A model generated the notes under the pieces. It was not told the DNA's origin and searched no databases. It saw only the letters and a program-made list of their open reading frames with translations. DNA of 64,000 nt from NCBI RefSeq assembly GCF_018350175.1, contig NC_058384.1, positions 69,006,001 to 69,070,000 on the forward strand, read 5' to 3'. The stretch is from Felis catus. Its lineage: Eukaryota. Below are positions 11,700-24,501 of the stretch, one piece after another; the stretch's first letter is position 1; each line of letters opens with the position of its first letter. Both the position numbers and the translations under genes were made by a program.

Positions 11700-12900
11700 A
11701 GTCCTCCTCAACCTCGGCTGCAGTGAGCTGCTCACCCTCCCCAAGCAGACCCCGATCGCCGGCGGCCAGGTCCGTGGCCAGCGGCGGGGAGGGAGGGAGG
11801 GCTGGCCAGGCGCTCCTCACGGGCAGCCAACGCGGAGAACCATGACGCAGGCAAAGCCGTCTGGAAACTGGCTTCCGACTCCACACCCAGGCGGGAGCCC
11901 TCGCGAGAGCCGGGCGGGGGGAGCAGGGAAGGCCTCCCGAACCCGCGGCCGCCCGCGGCCGCCTCGACGCTCCGACGCCCCCTCACCGCCCAGTCAGGGC
12001 CGCCGGCCCAGGCCCCGCCCCCCGGGGCCTCCCGGGCCGCCCCGCCGCGGAAACGCACCGAAGGAAACGGACGCCAGTGCGCCTCCCGGGGCTGCCACCA
12101 CGCCTGCGGCGCGCGGGCCGGGGTCCGGCCGAACCTGAGCTGACTGGGTGGGCGGTTGGTTAGAGGTGTAAGCGGTAGGTCGCTAGGTTAGCTCGTTGTA
12201 GCCGGGCGGCTGTCTGGTCGGCCGGTCCGCCTGCTCGCCCGGCCAGCCCTTTCCTGCCTTGAGTCTGGGCCACCACAGCCGCCGTCGCCGTCGCCGCCGC
12301 CGCCTCCCGCTCGCTGCCCAAAACAAAATGGCCGCCACGCCCAGAGCCGAGTGGGACCGGCTAAAATGGCGTCGACGCAATTACGTATGACGCCGGATCC
12401 GCGCACAGCTAGGGGGCGAGAAGATTTGCGCTACGCCTGCGCGGGGATTGGGGCGGAGCCCTAGGGAGAAGACAGGTCTTTAGCCAAGCGGTGGCCGAGG
12501 TGCTCTCTGCTCCGCCCACGGGGGGGGCGTGGCCAGTGGTTGCTGTCGGGGATCGTCAGGGCATTACGACCGCGGCCGCGCGGTTGTGTTCTGGTCCGCT
12601 GGCGGAGGTTCGGCCTCGCGGGCGAAGGTGGTTGTGTTTCCTTGCGGCGCCCCAACCCTGGCCGAGGCAGACCCTGTAAAACTGTTTAGTGGGATTTGCC
12701 ATCTCCCTCCCTGTTGGGGGGGCTGCCGCGAGCCGGGAGAGCGGGCTGGGGGTGGGGGGGAGGCACCAGTACCCTGCGCTCTTGTCTCTTCCAGAACGTC
12801 GTTAGTTCTCACGGCGGTGTCTGCGTCCAGCTCCCCCTCCCACGCCCTCTCCGCCTGTCAGTCATCCGCATTTTGATGCAGACCTACCTGCGTTGGATTT
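11700..12900 (-). promoter_or_regulatory. CHTOP: CHTOP CpG island/promoter with non-coding exon 1 (~12340-12240); tandem YY1 motifs 12324-12336 and 12363-12373; CTCF-like site 12407-12420; CCAAT and GC boxes ~12445-12458
   Basis: Very high GC and CpG content; AAAATGGC(G/C) motifs; (GCC)n-type 5' UTR. Confidence 0.85.
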
Positions 12901-12944
12901 TTCTTATGCCCAGGGATGCAATAGAAATAAATAATCGCACGTTT

Positions 12945-13130
12945 GGGACGCCTGGGTAACTCAGCCAGTTGAGTTGGCACTCTTGATATCAGCTCAGGTC
13001 ATGATCCCAGTGCTGTGGGATCCAGCCGGCTTCCGGCTCTGGGCTGAGCGTGGAGCCTGCTTGGGATTCTCTCCTTCTCTCTGCCCCTCTCCCCAGCTCG
13101 CCCCCCCCCCCAAATAAAAATAAATGTTTT
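12945..13130 (+). mobile_element. CanSINE
   Basis: gggacgcctgggtaactcag head, ctcaggtcatga core, A-rich tail. Confidence 0.85.
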
Positions 13131-13598
13131 AAGAATGAGCGAATGAACACATCTTCAACCCTTCTCCATATACGTGCCTCAGGATGCTTTCGTTTTCATT
13201 CCTAGCATTTACGTGCATGTGTTTAATGGCCTGGCATCCCGGACTTTACCTATGAGAGGGTAAGGGTCGTGTTTGTTTTGTTCACTACTACGTCCCCAGT
13301 TCCTACACGATGCCTAGCATATGGTAGGTCCGCAGTAGATATTCTTTGGAGATTGAAGGGAAATTCTTCTGGCTTTCTGGCTGAGAAGCTGAAGTCTCCT
13401 ACATCTGCAGCTGGAACCTTGAATGCCCGCCTTCCTACGCCTTGAGCAATCCTCAGCTAGGAAGATGTAATGTTTCCTTGACCTCTCTCCGAATAAGATT
13501 CCTTCCCAAATAAGGTGAATTGGGAGTGAGGTACCTTGACTTTCTCACTCACTTCCAGACTGCAAAGGAGACACACGGCAGCTGGTGAGAGAAGAGCC

Positions 13599-13604
13599 TT
13601 TAAT
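13599..13604 (-). terminator. S100A1: S100A1 polyA signal ATTAAA
   Basis: 140 nt after the stop codon, followed by a GU-rich downstream element. Confidence 0.75.
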
Positions 13605-13744
13605 TAAAGATGAGTTGCAGGCCGGGCCCACTACTCTTGCGCCCTCGGTGGAGGGTGGACAAGGGTAGGAGAGTAGGAAGGGAAAAATGGGGTGAGGGGG
13701 AAGCAGGGAGAAGGGAAAGGGCGCTGCCCCTTGGGGCTGTCTGC

Positions 13745-13888
13745 TCAACTGTTCTCCCAGAAAAAGTTGTTACAGGCCACTGTGAGGGCAGCCACCAGCA
13801 CCACATACTCTTGGAAGTCCACCTCCCCATCTCCATTCTCGTCTAGCTCTTTCATCACCTTGTCCACAGCGTCGGCATCCTTCTGGGC
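13745..13888 (-). CDS. S100A1: S100A1 exon 3 (canonical EF-hand)
   Basis: AQKDADAVDKVMKELDENGDGEVDFQEYVVLVAALTVACNNFFWENS*; acceptor ccccctccacag|. Confidence 0.97.
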   Translation of the reverse strand, partial: AQKDADAVDKVMKELDENGDGEVDFQEYVVLVAALTVACNNFFWENS

Positions 13889-14119
13889 CTGTGGAGGGGG
13901 GAGATGGAGAGGTAGGTATATAGAGAGGGGAATAGTACTGAATCAGGGGCAAGAGGGGTGGTTGATTGGGAAGAAGGAGGCAGAGATGAACAAGAGGGAG
14001 AACTACATCTCATTAAGGGACTCTTCTGAGTCACCCTACAAAACACACTTGTGGCCTCCTGTTGGCTACAGAATAAGCTTCTTAATGAGGCAGAGTAATA
14101 ACAACATCAGTTACCATAG

Positions 14120-14305
14120 GTTTGGTGCCTAGGATGCAACAAGCTTTACAAGCATTGTCTAATTGTAACGCAAATAGTATGAGGCAGGTTTCATTATTCC
14201 CCTACCAGAGAAGAAACAACTTAACACTTGGTGGTTAAAGAATGTTCCCAAGTCACACAGCTAGAAGCTGCCAGAGTCAGAATTGGAACCCAGGCCTGAT
14301 AAAAT
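14120..14305 (-). mobile_element. MIR fragment (S100A1 intron 2)
   Basis: cccaagtcacacagctagaag...gtcagaattggaacccagg MIR core. Confidence 0.7.
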
Positions 14306-14978
14306 CTCAAAGCTGGTTGACTTTCTACTGGCTTCTTTACCATATAAGCCCCTGTTAGCATTTGCAGCCTACTCTTCTGCACCCTTCACTCAGGTCAAAA
14401 CCACTGAGCATGCTCCATATTCTTTTTTCTTCCATGCTTCTGTTCATGCAGATACCTCCTAAAATGTCTACATTCGCCCTGATAATATTCCAGTGGAAAT
14501 CTGTGGCTCAAGTACCACCTCTTTGGAGGAGCCCACTTCAGTCAGGTTGCTATTCCCCAGAATCCTTTCTGGCAATTCTGTTAAAGCTCTGAGTACTTCC
14601 TGAATGGTTGGCCCAAGACTTCACGGGGACGGGGATCTCGTTGCCTCCTGTCAGCGGACGGGGGCCTCTTTTGGTCCTCTAACTCTGCTGTCTCCTGAAC
14701 ATTTCACTTCCTGGTGTTCATGGTTTACTTTCATGTGTCAGTGTTTCCCTTCTAGACTGTGAGCCTTGTTATTGATGCATCTGCATAGGTCCTAGCACTT
14801 AACAGGTGATTAATAAGTTAGGGTATTTTTGTCTTGAGCCTGGTGGGGTAGGGAAGCCTGGAAAAACCCAGGAGAGAAGTCTGGGAGAGGAAGGAGACAA
14901 TTGGGCTGTGTTGGGAAGATGGAAGGGAGGTGTCCCTCCACCCCTCACCCACTCCACCCTGTACCCCACTCTGCTTAC

Positions 14979-15119
14979 GTCCAGGAAGCCAGAGAGCTCG
15001 GTCTGCAGCAGCTCTTTTAGCTCCTTCTTGCTCAGCTTGTACTTGTCTCCCTCCTTGCCCGAGTGGGCGTGGAACACGTTGATGAGAGTCTCCATCGCCG
15101 TCTCCAGCTCTGAGCCCAT
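14979..15119 (-). CDS. S100A1: S100A1 exon 2 coding part (exon 15131-14979)
   Basis: [47 protein letters not shown]; donor GAC|GTAAGC; 94-aa protein in total. Confidence 0.97.
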
Positions 15120-17139
15120 TGTGCAGCTCACCTACCCACCCCCACCACGGAAGGAAGTTAGGGACCATGCTTCAGGCTATCTGGAGTCAGGGTGAGGGGA
15201 GCCCTCAGCCTAGCCCTGGTCCCACACCTGAAATAGCCACGAGATCAGAGCCACATCACAGTTTTATCTTTCACTGAGATTTTATGACATGGCAACCTAA
15301 CAGACCTGAACCTAGACTTGCTCTCTGTGTCCCTCAGTCCATATCCCAGCCAGAGGAAGTCAGTGTTTGGGGCACGAAGACAGAGCAGCCGTGGCTGGCT
15401 CTAGAGGCCTGCGGTGGACTCTGGTGGTTCCTGGCTGCCTGGGCAGACACCGAGAAGGGTGGGGCAGGCAGGCAGCGATGGTCACAGGACCCTGCCAAGC
15501 TGCCTCTGGCTCTATTTTTACCCTGCTATGCCTGAAGCTCTGCTGTTGAGGGTGGTGGGCTGCACCCCCCTCTATGGCCTTGACTGCTGCCTACCCCTAA
15601 CAAGGAGTCCGTCTGGTGCCCTCAGTCAGCCTGACGGGAGAGAGTGGTGGCCCGCGTGGCTGGCCCAAGGCTTCATGGGGAGGGGGGATCTCACTGCCTC
15701 TGAGTTTCCTATCAGCAGACTGGGACCTCTTTCGGTCCTTCGACTCTGCTCTCTCCTGAACATGTCACTTCAGCTTCCCTGGGGTGCATCTCCATGACCT
15801 CTAGTTTGGTTTCTCTTCCTTCTCTACAGAATCAGGCCTCCCATCGGGTGATGGTGGGAAGGGAGAAGGAATGTGGACACGGTTCCCCAGAGCCAGGGCT
15901 CCCAGGGAGGGGGGAGGAGACCTCCGGGGCTTCATCCCTGCTCCTGCCTACTTACTCCCACCCCTAGGCCCAGCCTGGATGAGGTGAGGACAGTGACAGC
16001 TGGCAGAATAGGGCTGGTAAATGTTGGGGGCTGGGAGTAAACAGCTGAGTGCATCCTCTGAATTCAAGGGGCTGGAGAGAAGGAAGAAAAAAATGGAGGG
16101 GTTTGTCGAGGAGAGGGGGCCAACTCAGGAGGCCTCTTTCTTTTGGCCTTAGGATGGTCAGCCCCTCCACAGCCTCAGGGGGCAGCTCAGGTGTCTCAGA
16201 TCAGGTGTCCTTGTCCTTCCTCAGGCCTAAGGGGCTGAACAATGGGCCCTGATCGAATGACATTCCAGCTTTACAATGGGAACCTTGTGAGTGTCACCTG
16301 AACTCTGGGCATGAGAAGCAGTTGTCACAGAGACATGGGGGAGATGGAACCCAAGCTGGGGCTGATGGAGGGGATAAGGGGCGCGTGTGTGGGAGGGCTC
16401 TTGGTGGCTCAGTTATTGGCCCATCCAGGAGGGGCACTTAGAGGTTGCCTGGAGCCCTTGAGGAGCCAGGGATGTTACGCAGGGGCCATTTGGAGAGGAC
16501 TTTGGCAGGGAGTGGGCAGATGGGAAGACAAAGGGAAAGACTTGAAGGAAAGAGAAGTCTGGAAGTCTGGGCCAAGGAAGGAGGAGGAGACAGAGGGGGT
16601 CATGTGAAAGGAGAGCTGGGAATGGGTAGAGTACCCTAATGCCCTCTCCTCCTGATACGTCACGGCCCATGCTCTCCCACCCCGCGGCTTCTCTGGGACC
16701 CGGGCTCTTGGTAAGGCTGCGTGCCGGTGGGGGTGGGGGCAGAAACAGCAGTCCCATTTGCTTTCTGAGCCTCCTGGAAGCAAAGTGGGAGCTGGGTCCC
16801 CTCCGCAGGTCCTGGGAGATCCAGGGAACCTTGGGAAAGCACTCTGAGGGCGCTAGTAGGAGAACTTGATCTCCTGGAAGCTTCCTCCTTCCCTGAGGAC
16901 CACCACAGACCTCCCTCTGAACTTGACTGGCTTCCCTGTGCTACTGTCCAAACCCTGTCTCCCCCAAATCCCAAACTGCTGTCGCGGGAGCCACTCCCAC
17001 ACGCTCAGTGCACCCCAATGCTGTTGCCCCTACAATGCTGTTGCCCCAATACTGTTGCTGTTCAGGAGCTCTGCTGAAGTCCCCTTTCCCCCCAAGCTGG
17101 CCACAGCAGGGACCCAGTGCAGAGGGAGCAGATACTCAC

Positions 17140-17230
17140 TGTCAGCCTTGACCTGAGGTGGGAGCAGGTTCTGGACAGACAGACCAGTCTGCAAATGTGG
17201 CTACCAGAGCTGTGTGGGGAGACCTGTGTT
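17140..17230 (-). other. S100A1: S100A1 non-coding exon 1
   Basis: agccacatttgca...ccagaacctgctcccacctcagg resembles the S100A1 5' UTR as recalled; donor ACA|GTGAGT at 17140/17139. Confidence 0.8.
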
Positions 17231-18300
17231 CGGTCCCTCCCCCGCGGCCCCCCTCCCCGCCAGCTCCACCCCTTCACAGACAGACACCCCGCTGGGGCGA
17301 GGGGCCAGGAGTGGACAGAGGCGCCCTCTGTCTCCAGGGCTGGAACAGGCCGCCCTGTGTCCTCTTTTCCAGCCTCGGGCACCTCCCCCGGCTCCTGGGC
17401 CCCAGGGAGGTGGGAAAGGTCCTGGGAGGGTCACGGAGAGAGGCCTCTCACCACCACTGCGTGCAGCACGGGCAGCACAGGGGAGGATCCCGCCGAGGGG
17501 GTCTCAGCGAGGGGCCCTAACCCTCCGTGAATCATTTAATCCTGGGACTTTTAGTCTGACTCCCCGCTGACAGATGTCAGTCCGGGGCCTCCTGCACGGA
17601 GGTCTCGGCCGGACCCCCGCCCCACTCCGCCCCGCCTCCGTGGGAGCCTCTTGGGGGTCTGGGGCTGCAGGGTCCTGTTCAGGATCCTCCCCTCCGGAGG
17701 GGCTCTCTGTGGGGTCTCTCAGCTCCAGAGTGGACGTGGTGGGGGGTGGAGGTGGGACGGCAGGGGTCCCGGGGCGCGCGCGTAGGCCGGGTGGGCTGGG
17801 GGACCCCGGGACCCCGCCCGAGTGCAGGGGGTGGGGGTGGGGGCGGCGGCGGGAGGCGGGAGGCGGGCCTGGGCGGTCTCCTCCCTCCGGGATCCGGGCA
17901 GAAACGGACACCTCCGGGCTGGGCTGGGGCGCTGCCGCCTCTCCCCCGCCGCGGTGAGTCCCGCATCCCCACCCTGGGGGGTCGGGCGCCTCTCTGTCGT
18001 GGGGCTCGCGGGCCCGTCCCCGAGCCAGCTCGGACCGGGGTGCGGGAGGGTTTGGGGGCGCCCGGCCGCCGTCCTCGCTAGGGGGAGCGGCGGGCTCGGC
18101 CCTGCGCCGCCTGCCCCTGCCCGGCGGGGTCCCCGCGGCCCGACCGCAGGCCTGACCCCGGCCACCCCGCCCGCGACACAGCCCGGGGCGTGTGGGCGGG
18201 CCGGGTCCCTGTACAAACAAGCTTTGGAGACAGCCGGCCTCATGACCCCTGGGGGCCGGCTGAACCTCCGAGACAGGGCCCTAGGGACCAAAGTGCCTCC
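17230..18300. promoter_or_regulatory. Shared CpG island / divergent promoter of S100A1 (-) and S100A13 (+); S100A13 5' exon donor GCG|GTGAGT at 17953
   Basis: CpG-dense stretch with many GC boxes between head-to-head genes. Confidence 0.75.
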
Positions 18301-18570
18301 TCTCAGAGGAGTCTGGAGACTTTGAGAGCAGCACGGAGGGGGCTCTAGGACACAGACACTTGGAAAGGACCACCCAGCTCAGACCTGGAGAGGATGGGGT
18401 TTCTGGAAGCACACACCTCTTCCTCTGCCTGCACGGAGCTGTTTCCTGGGCCCCTGCCCCAGGCCCCATCCTTGTCCCCTCCCACCTGCCCGGGAAGGTT
18501 CCCTGTGGGCTGGGACAGGCTGGCCTAATCTGACTCTCCCTTTCTCTCTTCCCTGTCCTCCAGGGTCCCG

Positions 18571-18723
18571 ATGGCAGCCGAGCCGCTGACTGAGCTGGAG
18601 GCGGCCATCGAGACAGTGGTCACCACCTTCTTCACCTTTGCAGGGCAGGAGGGCCGCAAGGGCAGCCTCAGCATCAATGAGTTTAAGGAACTGGTCACTC
18701 AGCAGCTGCCTCACTTGCTCAAG
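18571..18723 (+). CDS. S100A13: S100A13 first coding exon (exon starts 18564)
   Basis: MAAEPLTELEAAIETVVTTFFTFAGQEGRKGSLSINEFKELVTQQLPHLLK; acceptor gtcctccag|, donor AAG|GTAGGT. Confidence 0.97.
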
Positions 18724-18872
18724 GTAGGTGGGGGTCTCTGGGCCTGAGACTTTGGGGGACAGTGGCTGCCAGACGCCGGGTATATGAGGCAGGGTGATAT
18801 TCTGGGCCTGATCGTGTGACCCCAGGTATTTGGTGGACAAGGGTGTGGGTGACTACATGTGTAAAGGATTCT

Positions 18873-18873
<1 letters not shown>

Positions 18874-18921
<48 letters not shown>
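18874..18921. repeat. (GT)24 microsatellite
   Basis: Direct read. Confidence 0.97.
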
Positions 18922-18923
<2 letters not shown>

Positions 18924-20436
18924 CTAGGTAACACTGTGTCAGTGTGAGTGCAAGTGTGTCATTGGGCTTTGTGTTCCCATCAGACAATGCTGTTGGGTTC
19001 TCGAGTATGCTCTCTGCCTTTCTGGTCTCATTTCCCCAACACAGGGGTGGACCCAGAGGTGGCTTCCAGGAGAGTTACAGACCATCAGAGCTGGAAGGAG
19101 GCCAAGACAAAACAGTCCAAACTCCTCACTTCACGTATTTGGAAATTGAGGCTCAGCTGTATGTAGAAAGGGGTGTGTGAACAATAAAAACACAGTCAAA
19201 TTCATGCAGAGGTAGATCTCAGAGTAGGAGAGACCTGTAAGTAATCCATGATTGCTTCTCCCCCCCTCTGGGAATCCCCTCAATAATGTGCCTGGTAAGG
19301 TCATTCCTTCTCTCCTACTCACTGGACAGAGTAGGGATTTAAATTTCATCCACTCTGAGTTGCCTCATCATCCCAGTCTGTTAACAGTTTCTGTTTCATC
19401 CCTGCTGAGAATTCACAGGCACGTAGGAGGGTGTGACTATGGATAAAAAAGCAAAATCACAAGCAAGTTTTGGAGACTCAGTCCATCATCTGCAAAATCC
19501 CCTACATTCTTAGACTTCTCGGCTCCTTCCCTTTCTCTTCTCTCAGGAAATGAGACATCACTCAAGGTGCAGTGTTCCCCAGAGCCCTGTCTAATACTGA
19601 CTGGTTTTTCCTCCAAACCCAACTCCCCTTGGGCCTGGAAATGCAGGAAGTGACCCCTTTGCTTTTGGTGACTGCTTCCAGATCTCAGTTTCTTCCTCTT
19701 CCTAAGACGTGCAGCTTCTGGGAAGCTCCTGGGCCACCTGCCCCGCTCCTTCCTGAATCCCTTATAACTCTGCATCTCCTGCCTTGATGTTTTTCTTCCC
19801 ATCGCTGCTTTTGCAGTGTGCACACAGACCATTCAGGCAACACCTGGGCCTTTCAGGGACTTCAACCCCTCGCTTCCAAAGACTCCGTCCTGCTTCTGAG
19901 CAGCCCTCTCTGTTGTTGCTTCGGATCTTGTCATTACCAGAATAATGCCCCACCTCCCAAATCTCGGTCTCCTTTCTCAGAGCATCACCTCCTGCTGTTC
20001 CAGTTCTGTTCCTCCACTCCAGTCCTTCCTGGACTCTACCAGGACCTTCAGTCTTCGGACCTTGTCACCTGTCCTTCCACATGTCCCTCATGTCCGCAGT
20101 CCTTCCTCACTCAGCTGGGCTGTAAGGCTTAGCATGGAAATCAGTCCCCCGGTCACGGCCCACCCTTGATTCTGTTCCTCTCTGTCCTGGTTTTTTGGCA
20201 GAATCCCAACCCAGGTTAAGTCCAGCATTTCATGTTCATTAGCTTGATGGTCAAATCTACCATTCTTTCTCAGATCCAAAATAAAGCAAAATTTCCACTC
20301 TCAGAGGAAAAGAAAAAAATCAATCAGTCCACCAGTCTACCTGCCATTCTGTGTCTGCACTTTTGTGTAGCTGCATCTGGCTGGATGAAAAGATGTTGCC
20401 ATGTTACTTGTCAGACTCTGTCATTTTTACTAACAT

Positions 20437-20661
20437 TATTTAAAAAATTAAAAAAATTTAATGTTTATTTTTGAGAGAGACAGAGACAGAGACAGAGCAC
20501 GAGCGGGTCAGGGGCAGAGAGAGAGCGAGACACAGAATCAGAATCAGGCTCCAGGCTCCAAGCCAGCACAGAGCCTGGCGTGGGGCTCGAACTCTCCAAC
20601 AGCGAGATTGTGACCTGAGCCAAAATCAGATGCTCAACCGATTGAGCCACCCAGGTGCCCC
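20437..20661 (-). mobile_element. SINEC_Fc
   Basis: Complete reverse-strand CanSINE with TSD taa(c/t)attattt. Confidence 0.92.
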
Positions 20662-20859
20662 TATTAATATTATTTTTTAAATTGAAGGATAGTTGACACA
20701 CAATGTTGACTTGTCTGTCTTTAAATCTGTGACCGCAAACTCCAAGGGAACTCTTGGCACAGCCTGCCAATTCTGCTACATTTCCCCAGTTGGTTCATTG
20801 ACCAGCTCTTTCAGATGGTAATTTCACAACTTTTCCTCCCTCCTCAAACTCCAGTCCCT

Positions 20860-21590
20860 CTTTCCACAGTCTCCCTCTCACTGAGAAATGTTCTCAGACA
20901 AATAACAGCCATCAGGAAACTTCTTTGTACTGCCTCCCAAGTCTACCAAAGGTCAGCATGTACCCTGCCTTCCTTCCTGCTCCCTGAAGCATCTGTCTCT
21001 GCCCCTGGGGCCAAGCCCTCCTATGCTGCCGGACTCCATTCCTCCTCACCAGCTAAAATCTCTACTTTTTCGGTTCCTCCTCTCTCTCGCATCATCAATT
21101 CTCCCTCTCTACCAGATTGTTCTGATCAGTTTTCCAATATATTGTAATATCTCCCATCTTAAAAAAAGAAAAAACACCCTTTCTTGACTCTGTAACCCTC
21201 TCCAGCTATGCCTTTCATCTCTGCAAAAATCAAAAGCAGCAAGGGTTATTTATACTCTGGGCTCTCCTGGCCCCAAATGCTCATTCCTCAGGCATTTGCC
21301 AGGCTTATTCTTCGCCGAACCCAGATTTCTGCTCAAATGGCAAATCCCCATCATGGCCTCCCCTCACTTCTGAGGGCAAAGACCACCTCCCTTGTGCTTT
21401 ATTCCTTTACCCTCTTTTATTTTCTTCCAGAATACACCTATCACAACCTGACTTCCATCACATACTTACATTTACCAAGGGTGTGCGTCCCATGAAGGAA
21501 AGGAATCTGCTCACTGTTTTATCTCCAGCACTTAGAGCAGTGTCTGACTTCTGGTAGGTGCTCGGCAAAATATCGAGTGAGTGAAATTGT
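20860..21590 (+). mobile_element. L2 fragments ending in an L2 3' end
   Basis: ccagcacttagagcagtgtctgac...gtaggtgctc terminus. Confidence 0.6.
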
Positions 21591-21680
21591 AAAAAAGTAA
21601 GAATTTTTGTTGAGTGAGTAAATGAATAAATAACATCTTACCTACCGTTCTACAAATGCCTTTTTAAAATGTAACAGTGC

Positions 21681-21910
21681 GGGGCGCCTGGGTGGCTCCG
21701 TCGGTTGAGCTTCGGACTTCAGCTCAGGTCATGATCTCGCCGTCTGTGAGTTCGAGCCCTGCTTTGGCTCTGTGCTGACAGCTCAGAGCCTGGAGCCTGC
21801 CTTGGATTCTGTGTCTCCCTCTCTCTCTGACCCTCCCCCATTCGTGCTCTGTCTCTCTCTGTCTCAAAAATAAGTAAACATTAAAAAAATTAAAAATAAA
21901 TAAATAAAAC
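21681..21910 (+). mobile_element. SINEC_Fc
   Basis: Complete element with TSD taaaa(tg/ca)taacagtgc. Confidence 0.93.
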
Positions 21911-22429
21911 ATAACAGTGCATAAAGGATATTTCCCATTTGAAGAAAATGATGCACTGTATGTAATGGTATGTAGACTAACACAAATTTATGTGGCGAAT
22001 TTTCTGTTGATGGACATTTCTTGTGTCCATTTTTTCCCTTTTGCAAACATCCTTGTTTATATATCTTTACGTACTTGAGGGAAAATATCTATAGGGTAAA
22101 TGTCTGCCAGTAGAAATATTAGGTCAAAAGGCATGTTTGTTTTTCTTTTTTATAGATAGTTCCAGTTTGCCTCCCAGCAAGGTTGTCATCAGGCTTCAAG
22201 GCCACCAGTGCATGCGAATGCCTGTTTACTCACGTCCTTGCCTAAATTGGGTCTTATCAGACTTTTAATTTTTGCTAATCTGTGAAAATGATATCTTGTT
22301 CTGATTTATACTTTTAAAATTCTGAGTGAGATGGAATATTAAAAAATATTTTTGACAGATATGCATAATCCTTATTCTGTGAACTGCTTGTTTATTTCTT
22401 TCATTAAAGAGATTTTCTTTTTTCTAAAT

Positions 22430-23004
22430 TGTATATGTTTATTTAGTTTTTAGAGAGAGATAGAGTACAAACAGGGGAGGTGCAGAGGGGGAGGGAGACA
22501 GAGGATCCAAAGCGGGGTTTGTGCTGACAGCAGAGAGCCCGACGCGGGGCTCGAACTCATAAACCGCAAGATCATGACCTGAGCTGAAGTCAGACATTCA
22601 ACCGACTGATCCACCCAGGCACCCCTCTAATAGTTTTTTAAAAAGGGGAAAGAAATAGAGAGTAGTGAATGAGATCATAAGCTTTAAGTCAGACAATCTA
22701 GGTTCAAATGCAGATTCTATCTTGTCATCTTTGGTTATTTAATCTTTCTGAGCCTTAATTTATTTTTCTTAATTAAAAATTTTATTTTAATGTTTATTTA
22801 TTTTTGAGAGAGAGAGAGAGACAGACAGACAGAGCATCAGCAGGGGAGGGGCAGAGAGAGAGAGAGGGAAACACAGAATCAAGAGCAGGCTCCTGGCTCT
22901 GCACTGTTAGCACAGAGCCAGACATAGGGCTCGAACCCACAAACTGTGAGATCATGACCCGAGCCGAAGTCGACACTTAACTGACTGAGCCAGTCAGATG
23001 CCCC
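22430..23004 (-). mobile_element. Two SINEC elements (22430-22625; 22760-23004, the second inserted in a MIR with TSD tgagccttaa)
   Basis: Reverse-strand CanSINE bodies; MIR halves on either side of the second element. Confidence 0.88.
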
Positions 23005-24501
23005 ATGAGCCTTAACTTCTTATCTGTGAAATGGACTCATCATAATACCTTCCTCACTGCATTGGTCTTGCATTTATTCGGTCAATATTTATTGAGCACC
23101 TATTATGTCCTGTCCTGATGCTGTCGTAGGCTTTGGGTTACAATGGTGAACAAGATGGACAAGGTCCCTTTCATTTTAGCAGATCATGAAGATTAAATGG
23201 AGTAAGGCATTGTGNNNNNNNNNNNNNNNNNNNNNNNNNNNNNNNNNNNNNNNNNNNNNNNNNNNNNNNNNNNNNNNNNNNNNNNNNNNNNNNNNNNNNN
23301 NNNNNNNNNNNNNNNNNNNNNNNNNNNNNNNNNNNNNNNNNNNNNNNNNNNNNNNNAAAGCGTTTAGCATAAGGCTTGGAACAGTCGGCACTATTAAGTG
23401 CTTACAACTGTTGAAATGTCAGCTGTCATCACTCTTTTGGTTTTTCCTTTTATAATTAGCAATTATATAATTGCTAATATAGTAAGAGGTGAATTTTCCT
23501 TTTCTTTCCTAGTACTTATACCTTTCATTTCTTTCTCTTGATTAATTGTATGTTTGTTCCCCTCCCAATATAATGTTACACTGGGCATCTTGCCTTCCAC
23601 TGGTAATGCTTGTAAGTATTTTACGATAAAGCATGAATGTGGCTTTTTAAAAGGTCTTTCTTAGCTTTTCTACGAATGAGCTTTAGCTTCGTGCCTTCTG
23701 TAGATTTGGTAAGACTTCTCTGCCTTCATTCACACATTGATTAAAATATTGAGTGTTGGGCTCTGCCCGTGGCGCCCTTCTCTAGTTTGACATTGATCCA
23801 TTGTTCAACAGCTTATGTTTTGGTTGTGATCGTTCATCTAGCAACAGACCCTTTGATCATGGGTTCAGTTTACAGTATCCTTTGATGTCACAGGCCTGTC
23901 ATGAGAGGCTTTGTCAAAGACCCTGCAGAAAACCAGATACCCCATGTCTTTGCCATTCGCCTGATCCACCAGGCTAATAACCGACCTGGAAAGAATGAGA
24001 CTACGTTAGGGTTATACAAATGAGTGGCTTAGGACTGTGAGTTTCCCTAGCTTTCTGTGAAGGAAGAAGGTGGCCTGAGAAGGCTCTGAGGATGGCCTGC
24101 ATGGGTTCCCTGAGCATCCTTGAGCAAATCCCAAGTGCCGTGGTGTGCCGGAGCCCATCTTACCTGTAGGCAACAGTTCATTGTGTGCACCTCTTCCCAG
24201 CTCTGCGTTCGGTGACTTCATGGTTGTGGTCCATAATCGGCCACGGTGGGAGTATTTGCATGCTGGCAAACACTACAAGTCAGGCCCTCTACTCCCTCTG
24301 CTGCTGCCCTTGGAGCCTAACCAGTTTGGAGAGGTTAGTAACTGCCAGACCCCTGGCGGCACTGTTCCGGGGCTGCAGCCTGGTCCTGAACGCCTGGGGC
24401 AGGTCCTAGATGAAGAGAATGGACATTAGCAGTTCTTTCCTCTCTCCCTATCTCAGGAACTCTCTTTTCTAACCCCACGTTTCCTGTTGATGTCTCCTCA
24501 G

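Noticed and set aside
17504-18325. Multiple long G/P/R-rich ORFs
   Set aside because: Expected stop-codon scarcity in a CpG island.
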